A DNA stretch of 64,000 nucleotides. It comes from Iphione sp. A-MEVVRFRX5 (taxonomy: Eukaryota). The number at the start of each line of letters is the position of its first letter. The first letter of the stretch is position 1. The notes below the pieces were generated by a model, which was given only the letters and a program-made list of their open reading frames with translations, did not search any database and was not told where the DNA came from. The position numbers and the translations under genes were made by a program. The stretch spans positions 47,368,001-47,432,000 of the forward strand of contig OZ320319.1 in the NCBI GenBank assembly GCA_976226885.1. Reading direction: 5' to 3'. This document shows positions 49,701 through 63,405 of this stretch, in pieces.

Positions 49701-52700
49701 AAATGGTCAACTAACCAAAATAGAGATTTGAAACTGATGATAGGTAGTATATGACCCTTCGCTAGGAGGCTTAACCACTGTCCATCTTCACTTTTCATTG
49801 ATTGCTGGAGCCAACCTGTATACGATGCTAAGGTGCATACTGCTCAACAGAGGTTCAGTAGTTAGAAGGTCTGCGAGGGTTTTAGTGGCCAGAGCAAAGC
49901 ACAGGTGATTATGAACAAAAGTATACCCCCAAGTGATAGGGCAAAACAAAATTACAACTGTCCACCGAAAGGAGTAGAACAACTTTCTTAATAATATCAT
50001 CTAGGGAAATCTACCTTAATAGATTGTGTCAGACAGCGAGCAGGCCTGTGTTTATGAATAAGTGAGATATTAAAGGTTACGTACCATTTCCTAGGTACTT
50101 TCTTGATATTGTATTTCTTTCACGAAATAGTATCAAATATTGGTTTCTTGCATATTTCAATAAAACGCATGATTTTGTAAATTCCCATCGCTCCAATTTA
50201 CAGTAATTAGTCTTACCCTGGAGCCATGGCATCTATGTGACAAAAAATAACGCGAATATAGTAAGTGTTTGGGGTTTATAATATCATATTATAGATGAAT
50301 TGTAAAAATTTAATTGTAATATGTAGGAGAGAACTATATTTATTGTTTCCGGTACTAGAATTTGCATGTGTATCAGTTACCATGACCTATATACAGCACA
50401 CAGGTGTGACGATGAAAAAGAGCATGCAGTGCAAGGCATTGAGATAGGAAAAGTAACGTCGTTTCACTAAACAAGAAGATTATAGTTTACAATCTACAAT
50501 GTATCTGTCCATAAAAGACACGTCTGACTGTAGTTTCAAAGTTACCAAAGCAGTTGTAACGGGAGTTTCGAAGCTGCTCAGAGGCTGGTATCATTCATTG
50601 TGGGTTATAGTATTATACTGCATGTCAAAACTGTTTACGATGTTTTAATGATAATACTCTTGAAAGGATGGTACACACAAAGGTTTTGTTATATGCAAAG
50701 GATGTAGTAGCATATGTCTAGGGAAGGGCTGTTCCAGTCTCACTGCAGCAGGTTACAAGTTGTGTGCAGGTATGTAACGAAGCTGCCTGGAAGGGAGCCC
50801 TGCAAGGTTTGTTTGAACCTCCCGAAAGGTAGTTTCCTTCTAGCTAGATGCCAAAATCCTGACGATAGATTATAATGACATTTACGAGTTTTCACTCTTA
50901 ATAATTTAGCGCTGATACCTGAATAACATCAATATTTAAGGAAACAATTAGAGATAAAGTATATTTCTACTTCAACAACAACCCACTAGCATTTTTATTA
51001 AGAGTGCGAGTTATGGGGACGATGTACATTATAATCTTTGTTTTATGATAAGACTGTTGTTGACGCAAAGAAATTAAAGGTTTTTATGTTTACTGTTGAT
51101 ATAATGTGATTTCAGCTATACTAAAGTTGAGAGTGCTAAAGGACCTTATTATATAGATGGTTCAGCTTTAACCAATATTTCAGGGTGTCGATTCATCAGC
51201 TTCTGCCATTGTAAACATTCTTATCGAAGGGAGCCCGTATATCTTGGAAAATATTCTTATGAACATTCTCTTGACAATAAATATATATATGTACTTCCGA
51301 TAACAGTCTATGTTTGTGCCCTGTGTTTTTCAGGATGGGAAAATTGGATCCGTAGTGTAAGTACCGGTGAATACATGTACATGTATATGAATAAGGGCCC
51401 ATGGTGAAAAAGGGATGTACATAGTGCCGGTCAGTCGCGTCTCGATATATCTAATGCTGGAAGGAAACATCAACTAATAAATAGCAGACGTAGATAGACC
51501 ACCATTTCAAGCTCAACTGAAATTAAACCTTTTTTAATTCGCCGCCCATGCAGCACACACTTCACAACACCACCCAGTCAGACCTTTCCAGTCGCATAAC
51601 TCGTACCCCACTAGTGCAGTACAGGGTCAAAGGTTATTGCATTCGATTCTCTCCAGAACAAGTGGAAGTCATGTTTTGGTTTGCTTTTTCAACATAGAAG
51701 TATAATCAAAGTAGATCATTTCCAGACCAAAACAACAGGATAACTTACATTTAACACATGCACACCTTTTGGACACATATTGAATACATTTCGATGCATA
51801 TTTCCATTTAAACGGAATGTTTTTACATATAGCGGCATATGTTTGCAAAACCAGCTAGTGAACAAATTTTATGCCAATGCACATACTCAGTAGGTAAGTT
51901 TGAGCACGTGCATCAGACAAAAACTCCACAGACGTTTCGTTTTCAAGTGGAAATAGCAAAACAATTTGTCAGGGGTCCTTAAAAGTATTCAGGTTAATTA
52001 TGATTTTCACTAAATCAGCGTGGAAAAAACATTACCAGACAGTTTTGGCACTTAAGTGTCTCTACATCCCCTGGCATTCATTTTGCTCTCACCTTGTGAC
52101 GTCGTGTGGCACAGTGAAACTCGTGCCAAGGGATGTACAGTCACTGCATAGCTGTACTGTTTAAATACCTCGTGCGACATATTTCTCTTCATTAATGAAA
52201 ATAAAATCTCAAAAGGGTCACAAGGAAACTGTCTCGTTTGAAGTAAATCATATGGTACCTCTTGGTATTTTGTGTAGTCATCCTGCGGACAAACTCTGTA
52301 GATGTATACCTTTAGTTAGATTTTCATATTTGTTTCATAGGATTTTAGTTATATCGTCTGCAAATTGCTTTATTATAAGTCATCCGTTCCTTGGTGGGGT
52401 ACTTTTTCATGAAATAACTGAAGCCATCTATACTTTTGTATCACCTCCGAAATAATATACAAATCTAATCAAAACAAACTAAATGCCTCATGCACTTGAC
52501 CACGTATAAGTTAAAAACGGATCCATAGTTAAAATAAATCTGAGAAACGTACTCAAGTAATGATTTTCAGTATAATGAATAAGAAAACAATGTATTCAAC
52601 CTATCTGAACAAGATATGCAGAACGAATCTGCCTGATGTAAAGGTTCACCTAATTATCTACGCATCGTATGACTCTTGTTAAGGACAGCAGATTCTGTTG

Positions 52701-55362
52701 TGTTAGGTCTAAATATAACAGGATTAGATGTACCATAGGGTTGTGCTCGGAAGATCTCGTGTAAAAGAAACCATTGATACTGCCTATTTAGTGTCTATTT
52801 GGGGTGATTATTTAATCTGAAGAGGCATTATATTGTAATGAATATATGGACAATAGATGGTGTTGCAATATTTATGTTAAAAACCAGTATATCTAAGATG
52901 AACCCTGTAAGCAGCATAATCTTGCAATGTAATTATTATGTGCAACACTGAGGTTGTCTTTGCGGTCCATCGATACATCTTCGGCATGTTGTAGGAGATT
53001 TCCTCTTCGTGAAATTAAGAGCCAAGGAATTCATCCTCATAAGATAAGAAACACTGTCATTTTACATTCATGCCAAATCATCCTAGAATCACTAGAAGTG
53101 AGGAGTTCAGGGTCAACCCGTGAGGACCTGGCTGGGACTTTGGAACCTGAACCTCTCTTGCTCTCCAAAGTATGTAAATCTGACGCCCAGTTTTGACTGG
53201 GTCTCACTTGCTATTACGTTGCATTTCGTTGACGGATTTGTGGAGGTGGTGTTGACATTTTAGCATCGCATGAGCCATGCAAGAAAGACACTTGTGGGTC
53301 ACAATAGGCCATATACCAAAGGAAGACACTGACAAAGAGACCCCCTAGTCCCCTGGTACTTTATCTGTAGCATTGAAGACGCGTGAGAACGTGTCTGAGA
53401 AGGTCACCGCTGGCTGCTGTTCTGATGAGCCTCAGGGTCGGACGGGCTTTGTGCCCTGGGCGGGGGGTGGGGTTGGTGTTGTACTGCTGGATCTGTGTCC
53501 TTGTCAGGCGGGAGTTCCCACACTCGCCAGTCAAAGAATGCGCACGGTAGGAGGCGCTAACGTCTCCGTGGGGTCCAGCCACCAACGGCTGCGACGTGGA
53601 GCAACATGAGCCGTCCTCGTCGAGCGGCCTCACTGGCGGCTTTGTCGCCTCCATTTTAATCCGCCCGTCGACGGAGGTCAGGCGGTCGTTGACAGCTTCT
53701 GGCAGGGCCACGATGCTCGCCGCCCATGGTCCTGACTCCGTGACAAAGCTGGCCAATCTGGCTTGAATCGCGAGGCATTTAGCGGCGTTAGTGAGGGGTG
53801 GAACGAGCGGTGCTCACCTAGGCACCCGGGACAGGGTGGACTATTGGACCCCCCGAGCGGCAGGCCCCGGTGGTCCCGACCGTCCCGCAGAGCGGTGGGC
53901 GCCTCGCAGTCCCCCACCTGTAGCCTACCTGCCAACCGGCTACAAATCGCTACAGATCTACGGCGTGTAATTTGTCTGGATCGACGTACATTTGATACGC
54001 GGTCTATTCAGCGTCGGCCCGTCACAGTGAAAGTCAAGCACTGACAGTCGAAGCATGAGGGCGTCGGGGGTGCCGGTATACGACCCTCTGTGCTATCTTA
54101 GCCTACACACCTTCACCCAAGAGAAGAGGCAGTGTCACCCTGCCAACAAGGGCTCGGCGGGGGCCGGCTAGGCAGTCATTCAGCACCAGTTCTCCTCTCA
54201 TCTTCCCCCTCTTGGTCAATCTTTGCTCTAGGGTCACTTAAAGAGACAGCCGTCAGATATGATAAGCTAGGCACAACCACCAAAGCTCTAAGCCCATAGG
54301 TGTTGGGTTAGGGAGCTACCGGGCAGGACCTTTCAAAAGTCGGTTGCGTTGTAAGGGCCGACCTTTCCCAGATTTTCTAACCCGCCTTTGTTCAGACAAC
54401 TACACCCAGAGCGATGCAAATCCACCCTCATACGCACACACGTACACAGCTAGACAGGTGCCCTCTCAATTAAATGGACCTTGTCACCCTATTTGTTCTC
54501 GCGTTCAACCCTGGTCGAATTTATTTGTACGCTTGTACAATCGCTTGACCACAACATCTGTTTGAGCATGGACCCCACACGTGGAAAGATAGGCGGCTTC
54601 AGAGATGGGGGGACGGAGCGGCTCGGGTTGAAAACAAAATTGACTATTGTTAATTTTTCAGCGGATGGCTTTTACACGGCTGAATATATTGTTACCCGGT
54701 GCCAAATTGGCAACATTACGGTAGTGATTATGTGCGCTCGGAGAGAAGCTTTTCCATTAAATGTCGCTTCCCGACGTTTTTGGGCAGATGATTACTGGGG
54801 GCTAGAGATTACTTTTAGAAAACAGAACTACGTTTCGATTCTCCCGAGACAAGTACTTACACATCGAGCTGGATTAAAGTTATAAAAGACCGTCAACTCG
54901 TAGATTGTGCCTCGGATAAACGCGCGCCGATTTTTCGTCTCGACTTTAAAGGATGGTGCTTTTCGTTGATGAGCTAAAACAAGGCGGCACTCGGCGTTCG
55001 GCGGCTGGCGGCAAAAGGCGCTCATTTCCCCCGCTTTACCCGAGCCAATCTTGTCATTAAGGTAAAAACAATAAGAAATTCCAGCCTTATTGAAGTCGTC
55101 ACAGGAGAGGCGGCTCTCTCTCCCGCTGCTGTAACCCTCGCGTCTTCTCCCAACCGGCATGAGTCGCGTTACAAAATCAGATTACTTTAGCGCGTGGCGA
55201 AACGAAGTTAATTCGGGTGCGATTCAATGGATGCGTCGCATTTGATGTAAATTTCATAAATCTAATTGTGAGCCGTCGTAGATTACATGCGCAAACGTGC
55301 CGCGTGGCGTCGGTGCCCGCTCAGGTTACAATTAGAATTAAGAGACAAAACGGCCCCGTGCA

Positions 55363-55369
55363 TATAAAA
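55363..55369 (+). promoter_or_regulatory. Candidate TATA box in a CpG-rich, homeodomain-site-rich promoter
   Basis: TATAAAA lies in a CpG island with TAAT/CATAAA motifs upstream and a candidate splice donor (55844) and acceptor (57080) downstream. Confidence 0.4.
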
Positions 55370-56172
55370 TTGACACCGGCACTGGTTTTATTTCGACTTT
55401 CACTGCCGAGCAGTAGATGTGCATTATTGCTGAGACGGGGAAGGAAGCGGTGTGGGTCGGGGCGGCCAGGAGGAGTGGAAGGTGAATGGGAGGGGGGGGG
55501 GGGCGGGTGGCAGACAGCAAGGGTGGGGGTGGGTGGGGGAAGCGTGGTGAACGGTCGGCGGTTGTGTAGCGAAGATGGATTGTGAGAGAAGCGACATCCA
55601 CAACGACCGAAGCGACGAATTATCACGTGACAGGGCAAATTGCGATAGGAAAACTTGATGGAGTTTGAATGACGAAAGTTTTTCCACATTGCCTTTCACG
55701 TCAGTAATTACATGGCCTGGAGACGTTAATCCGGCACAGCGATGCTCGCACAAAGATACGCATGCGTGTAAGCAGCGACGAATTCGGCCAAACAGGACCA
55801 CATGCCTGTTCCTGTATACATAGCTACACGTCTCCACAATTAGGTACATTCCAAGACCGGCACATAGTGGGATAGTATATGTTTGTGCATATATACATAT
55901 GTATTATATACAGTGCGACGTCCCAATTACGGACACCCTCTGTTCTTCTCCAAATCATCCGCATTTCAGACGTGGCCGGATTGTAGATCTGTGAGCAGGA
56001 TATGACTTGGGGGTCAAACCTGGAAATATTTATACTCCTGAAGAAGGGAAATAATTGCCCAAAATGTTAAGTACACTGTACCACCTCAAGAAATAAAGAG
56101 CCAACCTGATAAACAAGACTTGGGACTCTGCGTTTTGATTGATAATTTTATCATTCAAAGAAAATGTTTGAC

Positions 56173-56327
56173 GAGTTTAAGTCCTAAAAGTGCTGAATTT
56201 AATGAGTGGAAGTCCTAAAAGTTCTTAATTTAATGAGTTTAAGACCTAAAAGTGCTGGATTTAGTGAGTTTTAGACCTAAAAATGCCGAATTTAATGAGT
56301 TTAGTTCCTGAAAGTGCTGAATTTAAT
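56173..56327. repeat. Five 31-bp tandem repeats (GAGTTTAAGTCCTAAAAGTGCTGAATTTAAT consensus)
   Basis: Five consecutive imperfect units read directly. Confidence 0.93.
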
Positions 56328-59300
56328 TAAAGTCCACATGGGTTTTTCATGTATACCTTTAAAAATAACTCCCCAGGCCTTTCTACATCCCTAAATTCGC
56401 AAGACTTTTCATATCTACCTTTAAAATTGATTTCTAACACCTTTCCACTTCCCTAATTTCATGCGACAACCTTTGAAAATGACTTCTAAGGGTGTAAGGG
56501 GGTCTGGAGGCCTTAAATCCTACCTTAATTTGCAAGACAACATCTTATTCACAGTGTCCATAGAGGGACGTTCTCTAAAATTAGCTGCCCTTATTGTAGA
56601 CATCTGTGTATAATGCTTAACTATAGGAAGCATTTCGGTTCTTGTTAAAATTGTCCGCATTTGGGAAGCGTCTGCATCCCAGATGTGTCCACGAGGGGAC
56701 ATCACACTTTATGCATATACAGTATGTATATTCATGATGGTTGTTGCTATATATTTTTTTAACCCTTTGATGCCGGCCTCCAGGTGAGAGAGGAAGACAT
56801 TAACGCCGGGGTGTATCATGATTTTAATACATATTCTAGGGCTAAGTACAGACTGTACATTCCTCGTATACACTTGACTTGTTTTGGACAAAATCAGAAA
56901 AGGTTTAACTTCTTTTTGGTGAAAAAATACACCATCTGATCATTTCATAGACACCTACATGCATGTAACGGGTGGGACGACGGATATTTTATTCGTCTTC
57001 TAATAGATCTGTCTTCTAATCCATAAACTATTCAATACATCAAGATGATCTTTGCTAAACTGTACATATTCTCGTTTTAGGTGGCAACACGCGATAACAG
57101 TGAGCATACACATTTAAATCAGCAACAAATGTGTAAACTAGTAGTAGGGTTGGGCCCCAAGCGCTTCACAAGATGTATAACTTTGGACACGAAAGAACAT
57201 CCACTCTCCTCACAAGCTTGCTTGCTGCTTGCCGTGTTCGACGAAGATTTGGCCCTGGGGCACCAGGAGAGCTCATGGCGAAAACTTAGCCCAAGTGAGC
57301 TGCTCAAAAGGAGCGGACGAGGCTCCCGGCGGACACCCGATGAAAAATTCAGGCGTCTAAATGGACATCGTTTTAAGATGATGAAAGGAGACGGAGGAGC
57401 TGGCGGTGGAGGGGAGGTTGAGAATCAAAGCGGCTGCTTCGCGTCGTCTGAGAGACGCGCCAAAGGCGCTGTGGTCAGCGAGCAACGGGTCCTAAGAGGT
57501 CGAGCTGCTCGCCACCGAAGAGGGCATCACAGTCGGTCGAGTGGTCTTGACCACCACTGCAACCATGCACTTCAACGAGAAGTGTACCCTCCCAACATCC
57601 CGTTCCCCTGTCAGGCCGCCGGACATCACTCCGAGGTCTTCAGTTTCAATAGCTGCTTCTATCGTGAGAGACGATCCAACTGTCTCTTCTGTAGTGAACT
57701 GCAATTGCCTGGGAAATAGCTCAATGTAGACAGCGTGTCTTCGGTTTCTTCAACCAACAGGGATTTCTTGGGAAGAGCTCTTCCTATATATGCCGTGGCT
57801 GATTTGACCTCACCATTTGTGATAGTTAATGGGCCTCTGAAAGGTATTATTGCTCTTGCTTTACGTGCAGGATGACAGTAGGAAACATTTGGACTCGATA
57901 CCTGGAAAGAGAGGGTTTGTGGAATGAAAGAAGTACATGAACATGTACACATAAAACGGGAAGTTTATATGAAAGAACACCCCATTTGTGGAATCGTCCA
58001 AAACACAGAAGATCCGCACCTGAATATGAGACGGGAAAATATTTTTCTCCTTGTCTGCAGATGGATTCCTGTCGCTGGTACATTTATGTATGTTTCTCCA
58101 GTGACAATATCAAAATGCACTACTTTCTCTCTTTGGACAAGAATCATCAAAAAACAATCAGTACATGGAAAGAGGAGAAATCGGGTAGTATAGCTCGGAG
58201 ACGATGCTTTTTAACTGAAAGTAAAACCATTATTCATAAAAACACACAGGTCTTAACATTCAGTAGAACTTTAGGAGGGAATAAACCACGCCAAAGAACT
58301 CAATAATTTATCTAGGGTCCTGAAAACTAGTTTCAGCCACTAGGTAAGGTACCAGGGGTAGCCGAGAGATTAAAAAAGCGATTAATTGAGAGGTCAGACT
58401 TATTCTCGACACTTGGTTCTGGCTGGAAGGGACAAAATCGTGTAGGTAAATAAGAAAACCACCTATAAAGTTCACTCATCGGAAGACGCTCAATTAAGTT
58501 GGGCCCAAAGCTATTATAACCAGAAGACAGAATATATACTAAGGATACACTGTCATTCATTGGAGGATGATAATTCATATGTGACTTGCATATGCAGTAG
58601 AGAGAAAGCCTTGTCCGCATTTAGGTAACATAGGAAAAAGGTCATATAAACATCCCCACCTACCTAACCAATTCCCCACTCCTACAGAATATTTTGTCCG
58701 AAACAAAAGTATTTTCCAGTCAGCTAAACCTTTTTGACAAGAAATACATCGTGTTTTGTTCGTCCGGACTGGCTGTATCAATTATGAAATACAGATTAAA
58801 TATTGAATTTTACTCAAATGCAAGTGTTTGCATATATTTTTTTAAATAAACAATAAAATTTGCATGCATTTTCTTTGTTATACAGAAATATACTAACAGC
58901 AGAATTTCAAAATAAAACATTTATCCCAGTAAGGCCCGCTTTCCACGTGTACATGTCAGTGCAGAAAATTGGCTGAATTTCTGGACCAGCATGGAAGGGT
59001 GCTTTCCATGTTTCAGGAGACAGGTGGTGTGTGTGTAAGGATATTGAGGCATATCAGTGGAAATTGTATGGTTTTAATGCAAATGATAAGCTAATTAATA
59101 ATATTTCACAATGTTTAACATATGTTACACAGTGTTTCTCTTTCTTAAAATACATACAAACCTGCTATATACTTGTAGTGTGTCCGTGTTCTGGAATCTG
59201 AAGAAATTTACAACCCAGGTTCATTTTCTGTCTCCGGATGCCTCTTGACACAGAGCATGGAGCACGAAGCACGGATGCATGGAAGCGATTATGTTAAACA

Positions 59301-60277
59301 GCATAGGACCATTTATTTCCGGAAGCATTTACCATGGTACAGAGGATATTTCTGGACACATGGAAAGCCAGCCTATGTTATATGTGCCGAAAGGGTTTAC
59401 CGCTTGTGGAACCACGCAAACGTTGTCGAACTTCATGTGTCGAGACTGCCTTGCGATGGACATTCAAGACAGTCCTTTCTGATTTAAAGGTAGATGGAAT
59501 GGCTTCGTGGATGGCTAACAGTTCCCATCTTTGTGAGTAATGGTAGCAATTTACGGCAAGACTTTTAGCCAAGGAGGAACGTAAACCAGAATTGACGCCA
59601 AGCGTTTCATCGCTATCGAGGCTGTACGTGGTGGCCATACAAGGTTAGCATTGGCGTAAGTTCCTTAAAATAGCGAAAGCTTCTGGTCAAATGTTGTTCA
59701 AGCGTGAGGGCTATGGGACTCAAATGGTTGTTGGTGGAACCTTGGCGACTTGGATGGTGATCCAGAATGTGTCGATGTCCAGTCCATTAGTTAAATGGAG
59801 TTTCTTTTACTTCGGTCTCCTGCACTAGAATTGCTATGCTGGCCCTCCACTGGCCTGATTCTGCTTGATTTACACGGCGGTGTCTCCATCTTGTTGCTTG
59901 CTATGTCTGTATGGTGTACATGTATAGATAAAACATTTTCGAAACGGAGATGATAATGAAGGAAATACAGCAGTTTTGTGAAAATTGGGGAACTTCCTTC
60001 TGCGAAATATGATCATTGGTTATGTGGCAGTTATTTTACATATATGGAGTATGTTTGGTTATGCATAATAATTTACGTTCTAACATTTACACAGCAGGTC
60101 TGTTTCTCGCTAGTGTCCCCCTCAAGAGTACAGTTAATTTCACCTATTAATAACGCCCTAAAAGAACGTATGGCATACTCGTTGAACGCACATTTATAAG
60201 GAAGTGCCCGCAGAAATTTGCCCTTGCACAAATCGTCATAGGTCACAGCATTGAGACTGGGGCTTCAAAATGTATAA

Positions 60278-60589
60278 GGCCTAAAACATCCGTGTTTCCG
60301 GTAATACACCGAAAAATATAGGTTTGGTAGGTAGGTCTTTTTAAAATTACCGATGGAGCTTGAAAAAAGCTAGACAGTCTCTTCCAAACCTGAAACTACC
60401 ATTATACTACTTGGTGCTTGATGAAACTATATCATATGAAAGCCAAGGGTCCAAAGAAGAAACTGTGTATTTTAAGTCCCTGGCGTTTATTTTCTAACGA
60501 TATACGCAAACAATTAAAAGAAAAATTTTCATGAAGAGAAAAATCAGAGTCTGTCAGGCTACTAGAACCAGATATTTTTTTAGGCTTAA
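60278..60589. mobile_element. Probable Kolobok-like MITE (~310 bp)
   Basis: ATAA|GGCCTAAAA at the left and TTTTAGGC|TTAA at the right give short TIRs and a TTAA-like target. There is an internal GGTAGGTAGG. Confidence 0.45.
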
Positions 60590-62757
60590 AACAGTTTTTT
60601 TAGGTAGGTAGAAGCAATAGTTACAGTCTTCTCCAATCTGCTTACATTACTTTGTCACCACCTCCACATCGCAGCGAATTGGAAGCCTGGTGCACATGAA
60701 GCAGATCTTTAATCCCCCCGCCCCCCCTCACCAGTGTTATTCCCACGAGTTGTATTCAGCCTAATTAACGGCTCGTATCAGTCGTGTGTCTTTTTAAATA
60801 CTGATGAACAGCTCGACACAGACTCCCCGATCGAGCGAGCAGCTCGGCTGTTATCAACCAGTGGCCTCGCAGGCCTGGCGGTCGAGACGGCGCATAAATG
60901 TATCCCGGATGCCTTCAAAAGCCGAAACAAACCGACGGATACCTGATTATCTAATGACTCCCAGTGGCCGCGCGGTCAGCACTGGCGAACTACTCATAGA
61001 TGCTGGGGAGTGCGAAGGGATTCAAGGACTCGAGATGGCAGCGGGAGTCCATTTAGCCATTAACCACGGCAATAGGAGCCGTGATGGCCAGCGCTATCCA
61101 GTCGACGGGAAACAATTTGGTCTGATGGGTCCATGCCCAGAAGTACAGCGGCAGCAGCGTCTGCCTGGTCAGTAGCTCAAAGCGCTAACGACTTCTTTTG
61201 TGCCAGTCCGGTCCCATTCCGTAATTAGAACGGTGGCTTATCGCCCTTGATGTCTCGGTGCCGATGTTCGCTATCAGCATCAGACCGAGTCTTGCATGTT
61301 GACAACTCTTATCATTAACTCTTCTAAATGTCTACGGATAAGAAGATAGACGTTGCCCTGTAACAAAGAACGAGAGATATGGATGAATTCTAGAGGGACA
61401 TTTACTGTGTAAGAAATGCCAGAGTAGATGCTCACATATACTAACATAATGTTCAGCCAAATTAATATCCGCGTATTACCAAGTAAATAAGCTGGTTTTA
61501 CACAGCAGTGTTTCCTTACAGGAAGGTCAGACATTAAGCCACATCTATTCATTGCACTGACTAGTACGGCCCCTTTACTCCGTCGTTAGACCAGGTGTTT
61601 TTTTCTATTATTGCTCACATGCATTACATTCCACATATACTGCTAGTGGGAACCGATAGGCTTGAAATCTGGCTTTTGTCCAGCAAGGATTAACATGGGG
61701 CATGGTTGTAAACAGCCTCTGCCTGCAATGCTGGTTACTTCGTTGATATTGGCGGAAAGGCACGTAATTATCACCTGATTAGAATTTCAATGCACTTTGA
61801 AAATCGACCTTTGTGGGAGTGAATTTTTGAAAACATCTTGATGTTGCAAAAAAAGTCAACATTGAAGGTTACCGGGTAATTCTACGTCAAAAAGAGATCG
61901 AGAAAAGAATGCTGGGTTCTATAGTACAATGAACGTTAATGACTATAAGTTTTGTTACAGATAAAGCCAGCAGTGGGAGTGCAAATAGTAGTAACATGCG
62001 CTATACTTCATTGAGGAGTAGGTTCAAACCAACCTTCTAGATATATCAAACACCACACCACACTGCATGGTCAGGTTTGAATCATTTCTTCATTCAGATA
62101 CAAGGGGGCGCCACCGATCCAGGCTACTCCCCGCACTTTTCTTAGATTAATGTCGATGCATTGACGTCAAATAGCGATATATATTCGTCACGTCGAAATA
62201 TATCGCCACTTCAACAATTACAAATCAAAGGAGCAAGACATAACGTACATCATACTTTTTTTGTTTGTGAAACATAGCCTCAAAGTGGAGCTTGTTCTTT
62301 CGGATCTGTGAGTAAATTTCTGGTATAAGTAAAAGGTACAGCGTGAAAAGTGAGTTTTTTTGAAGGAAAGAGGAAGAGGTTCTACAACGAGCGTTACCTG
62401 AGATAATTTCCTCTCATTAAGACGAAACCCCCTCGATCACGCCCGATATGGGCGATAATTAAGGTTGTCGGGAACTTCAAAGCCCACCGCTCTGTCGCTC
62501 TGTACTGAGCTGTAATGCTCAAATTAGATGTTTTTTTTCTCGCTCAATGTTAACAACTCACAAGCATCCAGTCATCGCTCGGCGGTGTCAGCTGCAAAAA
62601 CCATGGCCGAGGCCCTACCGCTCATTAAGAGTCTTCATTTATTTTAAAACGCTAAATTCACGTTTTTGCTTGTCATTAATGTCGACATCAAAGCAGCATG
62701 AGGCGATGCTGGCGAGAAGTAAAAATCGGATGATTCTCCGTGCAGCAGCTACTGGAG

Positions 62758-62890
62758 NNNNNNNNNNNNNNNNNNNNNNNNNNNNNNNNNNNNNNNNNNN
62801 NNNNNNNNNNNNNNNNNNNNNNNNNNNNNNNNNNNNNNNNNNNNNNNNNNNNNNNNNNNNNNNNNNNNNNNNNNNNNNNNNNNNNNNNNN
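62758..62890. other. Assembly gap (133 N)
   Basis: Run of N counted directly. Confidence 0.99.
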
Positions 62891-63272
62891 GGGTCTCTCA
62901 AGGGTAGCCATTGGCCTTTGATCCCTTCGTTGCCGACAGGCATCTTGTTGCCTTTACATCTATATTTCAACCCCACACTATGCGCATTTAAGACTACAAA
63001 TCTGATATCCCTAGAAAGCAGTTCGACGCGATCAGGTGTCCTCTCAGAGAGCGGTACAGCACTCTAAAAAGTACAGTTCTGTTGAGTGAAAAATTCAGTT
63101 TAACAGTGTAAACATGGTCTAGAAGTGTCTTTTTCTGATCTTGTGTTTTTTTCTCTCCAAAGTTCAGAAGAGAACAGACGTCATAGCTTGTATACACATT
63201 TGTCTGTAATGAAATTAAAGCAGATCTACGAGAGCAATTCTTCCAAATAATCTTGCACGATGTTTACACTGA

Positions 63273-63405
63273 NNNNNNNNNNNNNNNNNNNNNNNNNNNN
63301 NNNNNNNNNNNNNNNNNNNNNNNNNNNNNNNNNNNNNNNNNNNNNNNNNNNNNNNNNNNNNNNNNNNNNNNNNNNNNNNNNNNNNNNNNNNNNNNNNNNN
63401 NNNNN
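63273..63405. other. Assembly gap (133 N)
   Basis: Run of N counted directly. Confidence 0.99.
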
